A stretch of DNA of 40,792 bases from an uncultured Muribaculaceae bacterium (GCA_964389735.1 CAYMEJ010000003.1:1-40792); one strand, 5' to 3'; counted from the first letter of the stretch, positions 9,318-17,686 are shown. The notes: generated from the letters alone by a model not told the origin. Numbers and translations are program-made.

Positions 9318-10670
9318 ATGAATGGTAATATGTTTGAACAATTGGATTTTGGCGCATTTGATGCTTATATTAAGGATGATGATATAACAGATATTTCCTA
9401 TAGTAATAATGGGCAAATATGGCTTAGATCTTTGATAAAAGGGTCATATAGGATAGAAAATCCAGCTATAAATAATGCTGTTGTTGAAAAATTAGCATTC
9501 CAATGTTCTAATGTAATGGGAACGACGTTTAATATGGCTAATCCATTTTTAGATGCAGAGAGTGCAGAGTTACGTATGAATTTTGTACATGATTCTATTG
9601 CAACTAATGGAATAGCTCTTGTTATTCGTAAAACTCCAGCTAAAATTAGATTAAAAGAAGATACTTTATTACAAGAACAATATGTTACACAAGATATACA
9701 TGATTTTTTAATAAAATGTGTAGAAGGGCATTGTAATATAATTGTTTGTGGAGAAACTGGTTCAGGTAAAACTGAGTTTGTTAAGTACTTGGCTTCTCAT
9801 ACTAAAGAAAATGAGAAATTAATTTCTATAGAAGATACACTAGAACTTCACTTGGATAAGATTTATCCAAATAGAGATATTGTAGCAATGAAAACAAATA
9901 ATATTGCGGCATATTCAGATGTTCTTGTTACTTGTATGAGACAAAATCCAAAATGGATTCTTTTAGCCGAAGTTCGTAGTGCTGAGGCTGTTATGGCTGT
10001 ACGTAATTCAATTTCTTCTGGACATAATATTTTATCTACTATCCACTCTGATAAAGCTAGTGCAGTTCCACATAGAATGTACAGTTTGATGGAAACTGAT
10101 ATTGATGTTGAACAATTCTTAAAAACAATTTATAGATATGTTCAATTAGCAGTACATATAAAGGCATATTATAGTAAAGAATTACAAAAGTTTCATCGTG
10201 AAATAGATGAAGTCACTGAGTTCTTTATTAATGATAAAAATGAACCTGAATATAGAGTTTTATATCAAAAAACAATTTCAGGTAAAATAATTAAGAGAAA
10301 TCCTAGTAGACATTTGATGAATTATCTAGAAGGTCAAAACATTATGATTAAAGATTCGTTTGAAGGTGCTACTAATAAGACTGATGAAGAACTTGAGCAA
10401 GAGGAATGGAATATAATGCAAGAGAAAATAGATAATGAAAATAGTGAAACAATTGCTGAACCGGTAGTTGAAACACCAACAGAGTCTATTGAAACTCCAG
10501 TATTAGAAACACCTGTTGTGCAAAGTATACCAGTAGTTGAGGCACCGGTTGTTAATCCAACTCCTGTACAACAACCAATTGGTATTGAAACACCTCCAGT
10601 TGTAAATACTCCGGTATCTACGACTCCAAGGTTTATACAAAATTTAGATTCAAATGAAGTATTAGGATAA
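9318..10670 (+). CDS. tadA: TadA/CpaF-type secretion ATPase (T2SSE/VirB11 superfamily) with a roughly 100-aa acidic and Pro/Thr/Val-rich C-terminal extension.
   Basis: Walker A is IIVCGETGSGKTEF, the Asp box ISIEDTLELH, Walker B WILLAEVRSAEA and the His box SGHNILSTIHSD. The tail reads EPVVETPTESIETPVLETPVVQSIPVVEAPVVNPTPV... Confidence 0.85.
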   Translation: MNGNMFEQLDFGAFDAYIKDDDITDISYSNNGQIWLRSLIKGSYRIENPAINNAVVEKLAFQCSNVMGTTFNMANPFLDAESAELRMNFVHDSIATNGIALVIRKTPAKIRLKEDTLLQEQYVTQDIHDFLIKCVEGHCNIIVCGETGSGKTEFVKYLASHTKENEKLISIEDTLELHLDKIYPNRDIVAMKTNNIAAYSDVLVTCMRQNPKWILLAEVRSAEAVMAVRNSISSGHNILSTIHSDKASAVPHRMYSLMETDIDVEQFLKTIYRYVQLAVHIKAYYSKELQKFHREIDEVTEFFINDKNEPEYRVLYQKTISGKIIKRNPSRHLMNYLEGQNIMIKDSFEGATNKTDEELEQEEWNIMQEKIDNENSETIAEPVVETPTESIETPVLETPVVQSIPVVEAPVVNPTPVQQPIGIETPPVVNTPVSTTPRFIQNLDSNEVLG

Positions 10671-10679
10671 AAAAGGTAG

Positions 10680-11582
10680 GTGATTATAGTGGAATTAATT
10701 ATTCTTCTAGCAATCGCAATATTCGTAATTATATATCGTAGATATCGTGGTGAAAACGTATATAAGTTTATTGCAGATCAAGCAGGAGTAGTTTATGATA
10801 AGTTTGCTCCTTATTCATTTAAAATTGTTCGCGAAAAGACAAAACAATTAGGACAAGAATATACAACTAAACAATATGTTACGCAAGCTTTAGTATTTGC
10901 TTTATTTGCTGGTGTAATTTCTTATATGTATTTTTATAATTTATTAATATCTCTTGTATATATTTTTGTAGTAGAATTATCTATTCCATATTTAGCATTC
11001 TTAAGATGCAAGAAGGTATATAGTGAATTTATATTTGAACAAGTTCAAATATATACAACTAATACTATTATGGAATTTGCTACAACACAAAGTTTTGTAA
11101 AGTCACTTGAAGGTGTAGTTGCATCTGGTGTACTTGAAGATCCAATACTTAGTGATGTAAATGTAATGATATCTATGGCATATGAGAATGGTTCAATTGA
11201 TGAATCAATTCAATATATGGATAATAAATATGAATACTACATAGTTAAAAATATGCATCAATTATTCTTACAAATTACTAAAGAAGGTGCAAAAGATTCT
11301 GGTGAATCTTTAGAAAATATGCAATCTGATATAGATATGCTTGTAGAATCTGTTTATCGTGATAGAATGGAGAGAAATACTTTCCATAAATCATTCCTTA
11401 AATATGGTGTTACACTTTACTTAATGGTTATGTTAGTACAATATTTATTAGGTAGGGATTCTTATATAAAATTATTATCTAATCCATTTATGGTATTTGT
11501 TCTACATGCAATATTAATTTTAAATAGTTATTTTCTTCTTAGAGGAGAAAAATATTATAACGAGAATGTAGGTGCTGAATAG
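10680..11582 (+). CDS. tadB: TadB-like polytopic inner-membrane platform protein (T2SSF-type).
   Basis: 300 aa. The topology is TM, cytoplasmic stretch, TM pair, a ~130-aa helical cytoplasmic domain, then a TM pair. The gene follows tadA directly. The start is GTG at 10680 or 10689. Confidence 0.6.
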   Translation: MIIVELIILLAIAIFVIIYRRYRGENVYKFIADQAGVVYDKFAPYSFKIVREKTKQLGQEYTTKQYVTQALVFALFAGVISYMYFYNLLISLVYIFVVELSIPYLAFLRCKKVYSEFIFEQVQIYTTNTIMEFATTQSFVKSLEGVVASGVLEDPILSDVNVMISMAYENGSIDESIQYMDNKYEYYIVKNMHQLFLQITKEGAKDSGESLENMQSDIDMLVESVYRDRMERNTFHKSFLKYGVTLYLMVMLVQYLLGRDSYIKLLSNPFMVFVLHAILILNSYFLLRGEKYYNENVGAE

Positions 11583-12368
11583 ATGGAAGTTATTATATTT
11601 GGTGTTATTATACTGTTCGTATTGATATATAATAATACTGTAGATGGTAGAAAGTTTATCAAAGATAATGAACATTTATTTCAAGCTCTTAAAGAAGAGG
11701 ATTATGATTTCTTAGTAGCAGCTAGATATGGTGAAGATGCTGATCCTGCTGTATTATTTCAAAAGAGGATAAATTTAGCGTTTGTTACGATTGTAATATT
11801 CTTATTTATATTCTTAGCTGAATTAACGGTTATAAATATAGTATTAGCTATATTTATAGGATTTGTAGTTTTTAAATCTTCTTATACTAAACTTAAAAAA
11901 TATTATAAGAGACATTTACATGATATTGATGTAATGCTTCCATATTATTTAAAAAGTTTAGAAATATTAGTACAACATTATACTGTTCCAGTAGCAATAT
12001 CAAAATCAATTGATGATGCTCCTGAAATTTTTAAACCAGGACTTAGAGATTTAATTGCTAAGATAGATTCTGGTGATTCTAGTATTGATCCTTATATGGA
12101 ATTTGCTAATGCATATCCAGTTAGAGATTCAATGAGAATGATGAGATTATTATATAGACTTGGACTTGGTTCTCAAGAAAGAAAACAAGAAAGATTATTA
12201 ATGTTTTCTAGAACTGTATCTGCTTTACAAGCTAAAGCAAGAGATCAAAAATATAAGGAAAGACTTCATTTTATGGAAAGTCAAACAATGATTATGCTTG
12301 TTGCAACAGGTGGTGGAGTCATGTTATTAATTCTAGCATCTATGTTAATGCTATTTACAGGAAGTTAG
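11583..12368 (+). CDS. tadC: TadC-like polytopic platform protein (T2SSF-type).
   Basis: The start abuts the tadB-like stop (TAG ATG). The architecture is the same TM/helical-domain/TM arrangement, with LPYYLKSLEILVQHYTVPVAISKSIDDAPEIFKPGLRDLIAKIDSGDS... Confidence 0.6.
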   Translation: MEVIIFGVIILFVLIYNNTVDGRKFIKDNEHLFQALKEEDYDFLVAARYGEDADPAVLFQKRINLAFVTIVIFLFIFLAELTVINIVLAIFIGFVVFKSSYTKLKKYYKRHLHDIDVMLPYYLKSLEILVQHYTVPVAISKSIDDAPEIFKPGLRDLIAKIDSGDSSIDPYMEFANAYPVRDSMRMMRLLYRLGLGSQERKQERLLMFSRTVSALQAKARDQKYKERLHFMESQTMIMLVATGGGVMLLILASMLMLFTGS

Positions 12369-12377
12369 AATAATTTA

Positions 12378-12406
12378 TTGAATTAGATTTATAAATTTGT
12401 TATAAT
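12378..12406 (+). promoter_or_regulatory. Sigma-A-type promoter for the pilin gene.
   Basis: TTGAAT (12378-12383), a 17-nt spacer ending in TGt, then TATAAT (12401-12406). This gives a near-consensus -35, an extended -10 and a consensus -10. It lies ~30 nt upstream of the pilin start codon. Confidence 0.65.
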
Positions 12407-12436
12407 ATAAATAATAGAGAGAGGAGACTGATATTT

Positions 12437-12601
12437 ATGAAAGAAGCGACTGGTGAATTAAATATGACAGTTGTTACAATTATAGCAATTGGAGCTGTAA
12501 TTGCATTTTTCTGGGTAATGTGGCCTAAAATACAAGAAACAATAAATGGACAATGGGATGATATTTCTACAGTAGATGAAAATAAAGGTATTGTTGAATA
12601 A
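12437..12601 (+). CDS. flp: Small Flp-like (type IVb/Tad-type) pilin, 54 aa; not present in the supplied ORF track.
   Basis: My own translation is MKEATGELNMTVVTIIAIGAVIAFFWVMWPKIQETINGQWDDISTVDENKGIVE. It has a short charged leader ending in Gly, one hydrophobic helix and a short polar tail. RBS GAGAGGAG lies at 12419-12426. The gene sits between the tadC-like and tadE-like genes. Confidence 0.55.
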   Translation: MKEATGELNMTVVTIIAIGAVIAFFWVMWPKIQETINGQWDDISTVDENKGIVE

Positions 12602-12633
12602 TATAATTAGATTATAGAAAAGTGGTGTAGATA

Positions 12634-13155
12634 ATGAGAGACGCTATTGGTGGGACTTTAACAATTCAAATAATAATAATATTCTTGATTATAGTTAATA
12701 GCTATTTAGCGTTTACTGTTAACTACACTAAGGCTTTTAGAGTTAAGAACCAGATTATTAGTATAATTGAAAAGAATGAAGGATTAACTGATCAAGCAAG
12801 AAAAGAAATAGAAGAATATATGGATAAAGTTAGTTATTCTGCTAGTTATATGAATAGTTGTTCTTCACTATCAAGAGATGCTAGTCAAGGTGAAGGTAAA
12901 GAGTGGAAATCTATGACACATCAAGGTGGTGCTAAAACATCAATATATTGTTATGCTATTAATAAACAAGATGCAACAGGTGGTGTTGATGAAGGTACTA
13001 CTTATGCTGGTTCATATTATTCTGTAGCAACATTTGTTGATATTAATATTCCAATACTAAAGACTTTTTTTGGAGAAATAGCTACTAAATTTGCTATAAA
13101 GGGTGAAACAAAAATGATATATTCATCTGGTAATAATAGTGAATTAAGTGAATAA
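12634..13155 (+). CDS. TadE-like pseudopilin or pilus assembly protein.
   Basis: 173 aa. The N-terminus is MRDAIGGTLTIQIIIIFLIIVNSYLAF, a short leader followed by a hydrophobic helix. The gene lies inside the Tad-like module. RBS is AAGTGGTG. Confidence 0.4.
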   Translation: MRDAIGGTLTIQIIIIFLIIVNSYLAFTVNYTKAFRVKNQIISIIEKNEGLTDQARKEIEEYMDKVSYSASYMNSCSSLSRDASQGEGKEWKSMTHQGGAKTSIYCYAINKQDATGGVDEGTTYAGSYYSVATFVDINIPILKTFFGEIATKFAIKGETKMIYSSGNNSELSE

Positions 13156-13183
13156 AAGATAAAAATTAAAGGGGTGGCATAAC

Positions 13184-14194
13184 ATGAATGTAATAGTTTC
13201 TAACGAAAAACAAACATTGTTAGCTGATTTAAATATAGAAATTATAAAATCAATAAATGGTGTCTTTACAGCCGATGAATTGGTAGATATGTTTGCCAAT
13301 TTCTTTTTTGGTAGAATGATTTTAGATTTAACAGCATTAAAGGATTATAAGGATCCTAGAAATTTACAAAAGATTTCTATGACTTTGGATGTTGAAAAAA
13401 TAATTATTTTGTTACCAGAAGATCCTGAATGTTTAGCACCAAAATACTTATCAAGATTAATTTCTATGGGTATTTATAATTTTACTACTAATCTTGAAGG
13501 TATTAATTATTTAATAGATAATCCTAATACTTATAGAGATGTTGCACATATACATCAAATAGATGATACGCAGATGGTAGAAACACAAATGGTTGTTAAT
13601 AATGGTGCAATGGCGAATGGTGTTCCTGGTGGGGATATTATAAATACTACTATTGTTAATAATGGTGCATTTATATTAGGAATAAAGAATTTAACTGAAC
13701 ATGCTGGAGCATCAACTCTTGCATATATGTTAAAGAAAGAACTTGAAACTAATTTTTCTGTTCCTACAGTAGCAGTAGAAATAGATAAACATGATTTTAT
13801 GTTTTTTAATGATAAAAATATGTTTTCAGTTACAAATGATAATTTGCCAACTGAATTACTAAAACATAGAGATGCTTCAGTTATTTTAGTTGATTTAAAT
13901 GAAACTGGAAATGCAGAAGTATGTACTGATGTTATATATTTGCTTGAACCATCTTCTATTAAACTTAACAGATTAATGAGAAGGGATAGAAAAGCATTTG
14001 AAAAGTTACGTGGTAGAAAGATTGTATTATCTCAATGCTTATTAAATAGTAGTGATGTTGCAGAACTTGAGTATGAAGCGAAAGCAAAATTCTTTTACAC
14101 ATTACCACCTATGGATGAAAGAGGTAATAATAGTCAAGTACTTAGTGATATGCTGATTCGATTAGGGTTAGTACAGTCAAGTAATATGATGTAA
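13184..14194 (+). CDS. TadZ/CpaE-like protein: an N-terminal receiver-like domain plus a degenerate ParA/MinD-type ATPase domain.
   Basis: The N-terminus has a flavodoxin-like pattern (MNVIVSNE...ILDL...KIIILLPED...LISMGIYNF). In the C-terminal MinD-like fold the Walker A position reads GIKNLTEHAGASTLAYMLK in place of KGGxGKT. It is followed by ILVDLNETG and VIYLLEPSSIKLNRL. Confidence 0.45.
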   Translation: MNVIVSNEKQTLLADLNIEIIKSINGVFTADELVDMFANFFFGRMILDLTALKDYKDPRNLQKISMTLDVEKIIILLPEDPECLAPKYLSRLISMGIYNFTTNLEGINYLIDNPNTYRDVAHIHQIDDTQMVETQMVVNNGAMANGVPGGDIINTTIVNNGAFILGIKNLTEHAGASTLAYMLKKELETNFSVPTVAVEIDKHDFMFFNDKNMFSVTNDNLPTELLKHRDASVILVDLNETGNAEVCTDVIYLLEPSSIKLNRLMRRDRKAFEKLRGRKIVLSQCLLNSSDVAELEYEAKAKFFYTLPPMDERGNNSQVLSDMLIRLGLVQSSNMM

Positions 14195-14231
14195 ATTAAT
14201 GTAAAATAATTTATATTGTATTGACATTATT

Positions 14232-14240
14232 TGATATAAT
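14232..14240 (+). promoter_or_regulatory. Extended -10 promoter element upstream of the T4SS genes.
   Basis: TGaTATAAT at 14232-14240, ~34 nt upstream of the 14274 start. RBS AAGGAGGG follows. Confidence 0.4.
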
Positions 14241-14273
14241 AAAGTATTCTATAAATATAAGGAGGGAATTAAA

Positions 14274-14615
14274 ATGGAATTAATTCAATTATTAGAAGGT
14301 TGTCCTGAAGATTTAGTACCAATATTCAGTTTTATTAAAAAAGGTATTTATCCTATTATACAAATTGGTATCCCAATTTTATTAATCGTTATGGGGTCAA
14401 TAGATTTAGGTAAAGCTGTTATTTCTCAAGATGATAAAGAGATAAAGGGAGCTACTAGTAAGCTTATTAAGCGTGCTATAGCAGCTGTAGCTGTATTCTT
14501 TGTTACAACTATTGTTTCTTTATTAATGGGTATGTTCTCTGAATCTGGTGCAACAGATAATTCTAATGTAGAAGGAACAACAAGTTGGAAAGATTGCTGG
14601 TCAGCAATAGATTAA
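14274..14615 (+). CDS. VirB2/TrbC-like pilin-like conjugal transfer protein, paralog 1 (no signal peptide).
   Basis: The protein forms a two-helix hairpin (IYPIIQIGIPILLIVMGSIDLG and AIAAVAVFFVTTIVSLLMGMF) joined by a basic loop, KAVISQDDKEIKGATSKLIKR. It is clearly paralogous to the product of 14711-15115. Confidence 0.55.
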   Translation: MELIQLLEGCPEDLVPIFSFIKKGIYPIIQIGIPILLIVMGSIDLGKAVISQDDKEIKGATSKLIKRAIAAVAVFFVTTIVSLLMGMFSESGATDNSNVEGTTSWKDCWSAID

Positions 14616-14625
14616 TATTATTTAT

Positions 14626-14664
14626 AAAATAATAACAAATATATGTTTTGTTATTATTTTTTTT
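14626..14664 (+). terminator. AT-rich hairpin plus T-run (terminator or attenuator) between the two VirB2-like genes.
   Basis: AAAATAATAACAAA (14626-14639) pairs with TTTGTTATTATTTT (14647-14660) around a 7-nt loop, and further Ts follow. Only one G:C pair is present, so the hairpin is weak. Confidence 0.4.
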
Positions 14665-14665
14665 A

Positions 14666-14674
14666 TGTTATAAT
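14666..14674 (+). promoter_or_regulatory. Extended -10 promoter element upstream of VirB2-like paralog 2.
   Basis: TGtTATAAT at 14666-14674, ~37 nt upstream of the ATG at 14711. Confidence 0.4.
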
Positions 14675-14710
14675 TGTATGTAGAATAGTTTACTATGAAG
14701 GAGTGTTTGC

Positions 14711-15115
14711 ATGAAGAAAATAGAAAAGATTTTGATAATACTTTTTTTAGCATTTACTGTGTTTGCAGTGTCAACTGATGTTGCCTATGCAAAAAGCTAT
14801 ACACCTGATACAAATGTACAAAGTTGTGAAGGCTTATTAGGTGCTGATTTTGTTAATTTTTTAAATGATGAAGTGTTTTTATGGGTAAAAATTGCGGTAC
14901 CTATTATATTAATTATAATGTGTACAATAGATTTTGCAAAAGCAGTTATTAATAATGATAAAGATGCATTGGCAAAGGCTACTTCTAACGTTGTAAAGAG
15001 ATGTATTGTGGCAGTTGCAATATTTTTCTTACCATTTATTATAATATATGTAATGAAAAATGCTAGTGTTGGTGGAACTCCAATTATGGAAGATCCATTA
15101 TGTGGATTGGGGTGA
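14711..15115 (+). CDS. VirB2/TrbC-like pilin-like conjugal transfer protein, paralog 2 (with Sec signal peptide).
   Basis: The signal peptide is MKKIEKILIILFLAFTVFAVSTDVAYA|K. It is followed by the hairpin VKIAVPIILIIMCTIDFAKAVINNDKDALAKATSNVVKRCIVAVAIFFLPFIIIYVM. RBS is GAAGGAG. Confidence 0.6.
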   Translation: MKKIEKILIILFLAFTVFAVSTDVAYAKSYTPDTNVQSCEGLLGADFVNFLNDEVFLWVKIAVPIILIIMCTIDFAKAVINNDKDALAKATSNVVKRCIVAVAIFFLPFIIIYVMKNASVGGTPIMEDPLCGLG

Positions 15116-15121
15116 TATTAA

Positions 15122-16825
15122 ATGCAAAATTTGATTTTTCTTGCTGATGCAAGAGGTATGGCTTTTAATATAATCCGTAATTTCTTGGTATTCTTAGATA
15201 GTGCAATATATACTTTGATGGGATGGATATTAGAAGCAATATTTAATATATCTGGAACTGAGTTATTAGAAGCTACAGTATATGAAACAATTATGCAAAG
15301 AATATATGTTATTCTTGGTATATTTATGTTATTTAAATTATCTATTTCTTTAATTGGATATTTGGTAAATCCTGATAGCATTGCAGATAAAGAAAAAGGT
15401 ATGGGAAAAGTTGTAATGAGAGCAATGTTAATGATTATTATGTTAATGATGCTTACACCTTTTTTTAAGATAATGACAAGAGTTCAAGGATATATATTAC
15501 CTGTTATTCCTAAAGTTATTTTAGGAAAAGATATGGAAACTGGTGGTGCTACTGCTGCAGCAACGGCTAAAACTGTTGGTGAAGAAATGGCGATAGTTAC
15601 ATATAGGGCATTCTTTAAACTTGATGAAACTTGTACTGATGGTGGTAGTGATGATACTAGAATTCATGGTATGACAGTATCAGAAATATCAAAACAAGAT
15701 TTGGAACAAGAACCATGTGGAAAAAATGAAGATTTATATAAATATGATTATTTACCTATTGTACCATTAGTGGTTGGAATAGTAATTGATTTATTATTAG
15801 TTGGATTTGCAATAGATATTGGTAGTCGTGTATTTAAATTAGCAATATTAAGGGTTATTGCACCTATACCAATATTGAGTTATATTGATCCTAAATCATC
15901 TAAAGATAATGGAACATTTAATAATTGGTTAAAATCCTTTATGGGAACTTGGTTGGATTTATTTATTAAATTAGCAATAATTTATTTTGTATTATTTGTA
16001 ATAGAAATAATAGCGGAGGGTGGACTTGTTGGTTTAGATATAACAACACCAGCTGGCGCATTTGCTTCAATATTTGTAATAATTGGTTTATTGTTCTTTG
16101 CTAAACAAGCTCCAGCATTTATTATGAATGCACTTGGAATAAAAGGTAAAGGACTTGGAGTTGGTCTTAGTGGTTCACTTGCAGGTTTAGCTGCATTAAC
16201 TGGTGGAGCTGGAGTGGCTGGAGCTTTTAGAGCAGCTGGTGAACAAATGGAAGCAGGAAGTGCTGCAGCAGCTGAAGGTAAACCAGTTGGAAGTGGTTGG
16301 TCTAGAGGTAAAGATATTGCAGCTCAAATTAGAACCAATGATGATAAAGCAAAAGCTCCAACAATGATGGAACGAGTATCAAAAGCTGGCGCATTATTTC
16401 ATGGAGTTAATTCTGATACAGTTGGGGAGACAAAAAACAGTATGTATCGTGCACAAGATGCAGCTGCCAATGTTACTCAATTTAGAGAAAAAGTTTCAAA
16501 CGGTCAAACTTTAACTACTACTGAAGCTATGTCAGTTATTAAACATAGTGGTGAAAGTGTTAGAAATTCTGCTGGAATTGATAGTACTACTTGGTCAACA
16601 ATGTCTGATTCTCAAAAAATCAATACTGTTAATAGTATGTCTGGTGATCAATGGAATACTCTTGTTAATACAGAAAATACAAATGCTCAAAAAGCAAAAT
16701 CTTACTACGAAAAAACTGTCAAATATGCTGTTAAACATAATGTTTCTACTGAAACACCTGTTGCAGAAGATATTGGAGTTAAAGGGTTTAACAAGAAATT
16801 CGATCCTCATAAACATGATAGATAG
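15122..16825 (+). CDS. VirB6/TrbL-like polytopic T4SS channel protein with a hydrophilic C-terminal extension.
   Basis: 567 aa with at least 6 hydrophobic helices, a Gly/Ala-rich segment (GLGVGLSGSLAGLAALTGGAGVAGAF) and a ~200-aa polar tail. It sits between the VirB2-like and VirB3/VirB4-like genes. Confidence 0.55.
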   Translation: MQNLIFLADARGMAFNIIRNFLVFLDSAIYTLMGWILEAIFNISGTELLEATVYETIMQRIYVILGIFMLFKLSISLIGYLVNPDSIADKEKGMGKVVMRAMLMIIMLMMLTPFFKIMTRVQGYILPVIPKVILGKDMETGGATAAATAKTVGEEMAIVTYRAFFKLDETCTDGGSDDTRIHGMTVSEISKQDLEQEPCGKNEDLYKYDYLPIVPLVVGIVIDLLLVGFAIDIGSRVFKLAILRVIAPIPILSYIDPKSSKDNGTFNNWLKSFMGTWLDLFIKLAIIYFVLFVIEIIAEGGLVGLDITTPAGAFASIFVIIGLLFFAKQAPAFIMNALGIKGKGLGVGLSGSLAGLAALTGGAGVAGAFRAAGEQMEAGSAAAAEGKPVGSGWSRGKDIAAQIRTNDDKAKAPTMMERVSKAGALFHGVNSDTVGETKNSMYRAQDAAANVTQFREKVSNGQTLTTTEAMSVIKHSGESVRNSAGIDSTTWSTMSDSQKINTVNSMSGDQWNTLVNTENTNAQKAKSYYEKTVKYAVKHNVSTETPVAEDIGVKGFNKKFDPHKHDR

Positions 16826-16845
16826 AAAGGAATGTGTGATATATA

Positions 16846-17157
16846 GTGAATAATTATTTAATACCTGCTAATACCAAAAGAGGGCAATTAATTGCAGGTG
16901 TATTTAAACCAATGGATTTAGTTATATTCTTAATAGGAATAGGTATTACATTTCTATTATTTATAATTGTTCCATTGGACAAAGCTCCTGTTGCTGCAGC
17001 GTGTACAATCCCTGGCTTAATTTGTACATTCTTAGTAATACCAATGCCGTATTACCATAATATTGCAACAGCAGCAATGGAGATGATTAAATTTTTAACG
17101 CAAAGACAAAAATTTGTGTGGAGAGGTTGGTGTTTTAGAGATGGCACAGACAAATAG
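16846..17157 (+). CDS. VirB3/PrgI-like small membrane protein.
   Basis: 103 aa. IPANTKRGQLIAGVFKPMDLVIFLIGIGITFLLFII is followed by a second helix. The gene lies directly upstream of VirB4 and overlaps it. The start is GTG and the RBS is weak. Confidence 0.45.
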   Translation: MNNYLIPANTKRGQLIAGVFKPMDLVIFLIGIGITFLLFIIVPLDKAPVAAACTIPGLICTFLVIPMPYYHNIATAAMEMIKFLTQRQKFVWRGWCFRDGTDK

Positions 17158-17686
17158 TAAATATACTGAAGATTGGTTACCATTACAAGCTATTAATAAT
17201 GGTATGATTGTACTTCCAAATCAAGAAAAAGTTGCTGGAGTAAAAATTACTCCTCGTAATATATTTATACTTGATGAAGATTCACAAACTAATATTATGA
17301 TTGCATTAAAAAACTTTTATAATATGTTTGATTTTGAATTTTGGTTAATAGTTGCAGATAGACCTGTTGATATATCTGTGTATTTATCTCAATTACAACT
17401 TTTATATCAAGAACAACCTAATCCTGCAATTAGAAAATTAATAAATGAAGATATTCAAAAAGGTAATATGTTTATGAATAATAATGTAGTTGATACAGAA
17501 TATTTCATATTATTTAAAGAAAAAAATCTTGAATTGATTCAAAAGAAAATTCGTATGTTAATTACTGGTTTATCTCAAGCAGGTTTAACTGCTAGACAAA
17601 CAAGTAATGAAGATATGAGAATTATTCTTGATAATTTCTTAAATGGTGGTAAAACTACTGAGTTTGGGACGGTGATGTCTGCATGA
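17141..17686 (+). CDS. VirB4-family N-terminal domain encoded as a separate ORF.
   Basis: YTEDWLPLQAINNGMIVLPNQEKVAGVKITPRNIFILDEDSQTNIMIALKNFYNMFDFEFWLIV matches the N-terminal pattern of Gram-positive VirB4 proteins (PrgJ, TcpF, Orf16). The likely start is the ATG at 17141. The ORF ends in an ATGA overlap with the next ORF. Confidence 0.6.
   Translation: MAQTNSKYTEDWLPLQAINNGMIVLPNQEKVAGVKITPRNIFILDEDSQTNIMIALKNFYNMFDFEFWLIVADRPVDISVYLSQLQLLYQEQPNPAIRKLINEDIQKGNMFMNNNVVDTEYFILFKEKNLELIQKKIRMLITGLSQAGLTARQTSNEDMRIILDNFLNGGKTTEFGTVMSA

Noticed and set aside
9318-10670. Reading the secretion ATPase as a VirB11 of the T4SS rather than as TadA.
   Set aside because: This cannot be fully excluded, because both belong to the same superfamily. 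Its position directly between a CpaB/RcpC-like gene and two T2SSF-like platform genes favours a Tad-type assignment, and monoderm T4SSs typically lack VirB11.
14221-14226. Perfect TTGACA hexamer as a -35 box for the T4SS promoter.
   Set aside because: It lies only 8 nt from the TATAAT at 14235-14240, which is too close for a functional -35/-10 pair. The TGn extended -10 is the better explanation.
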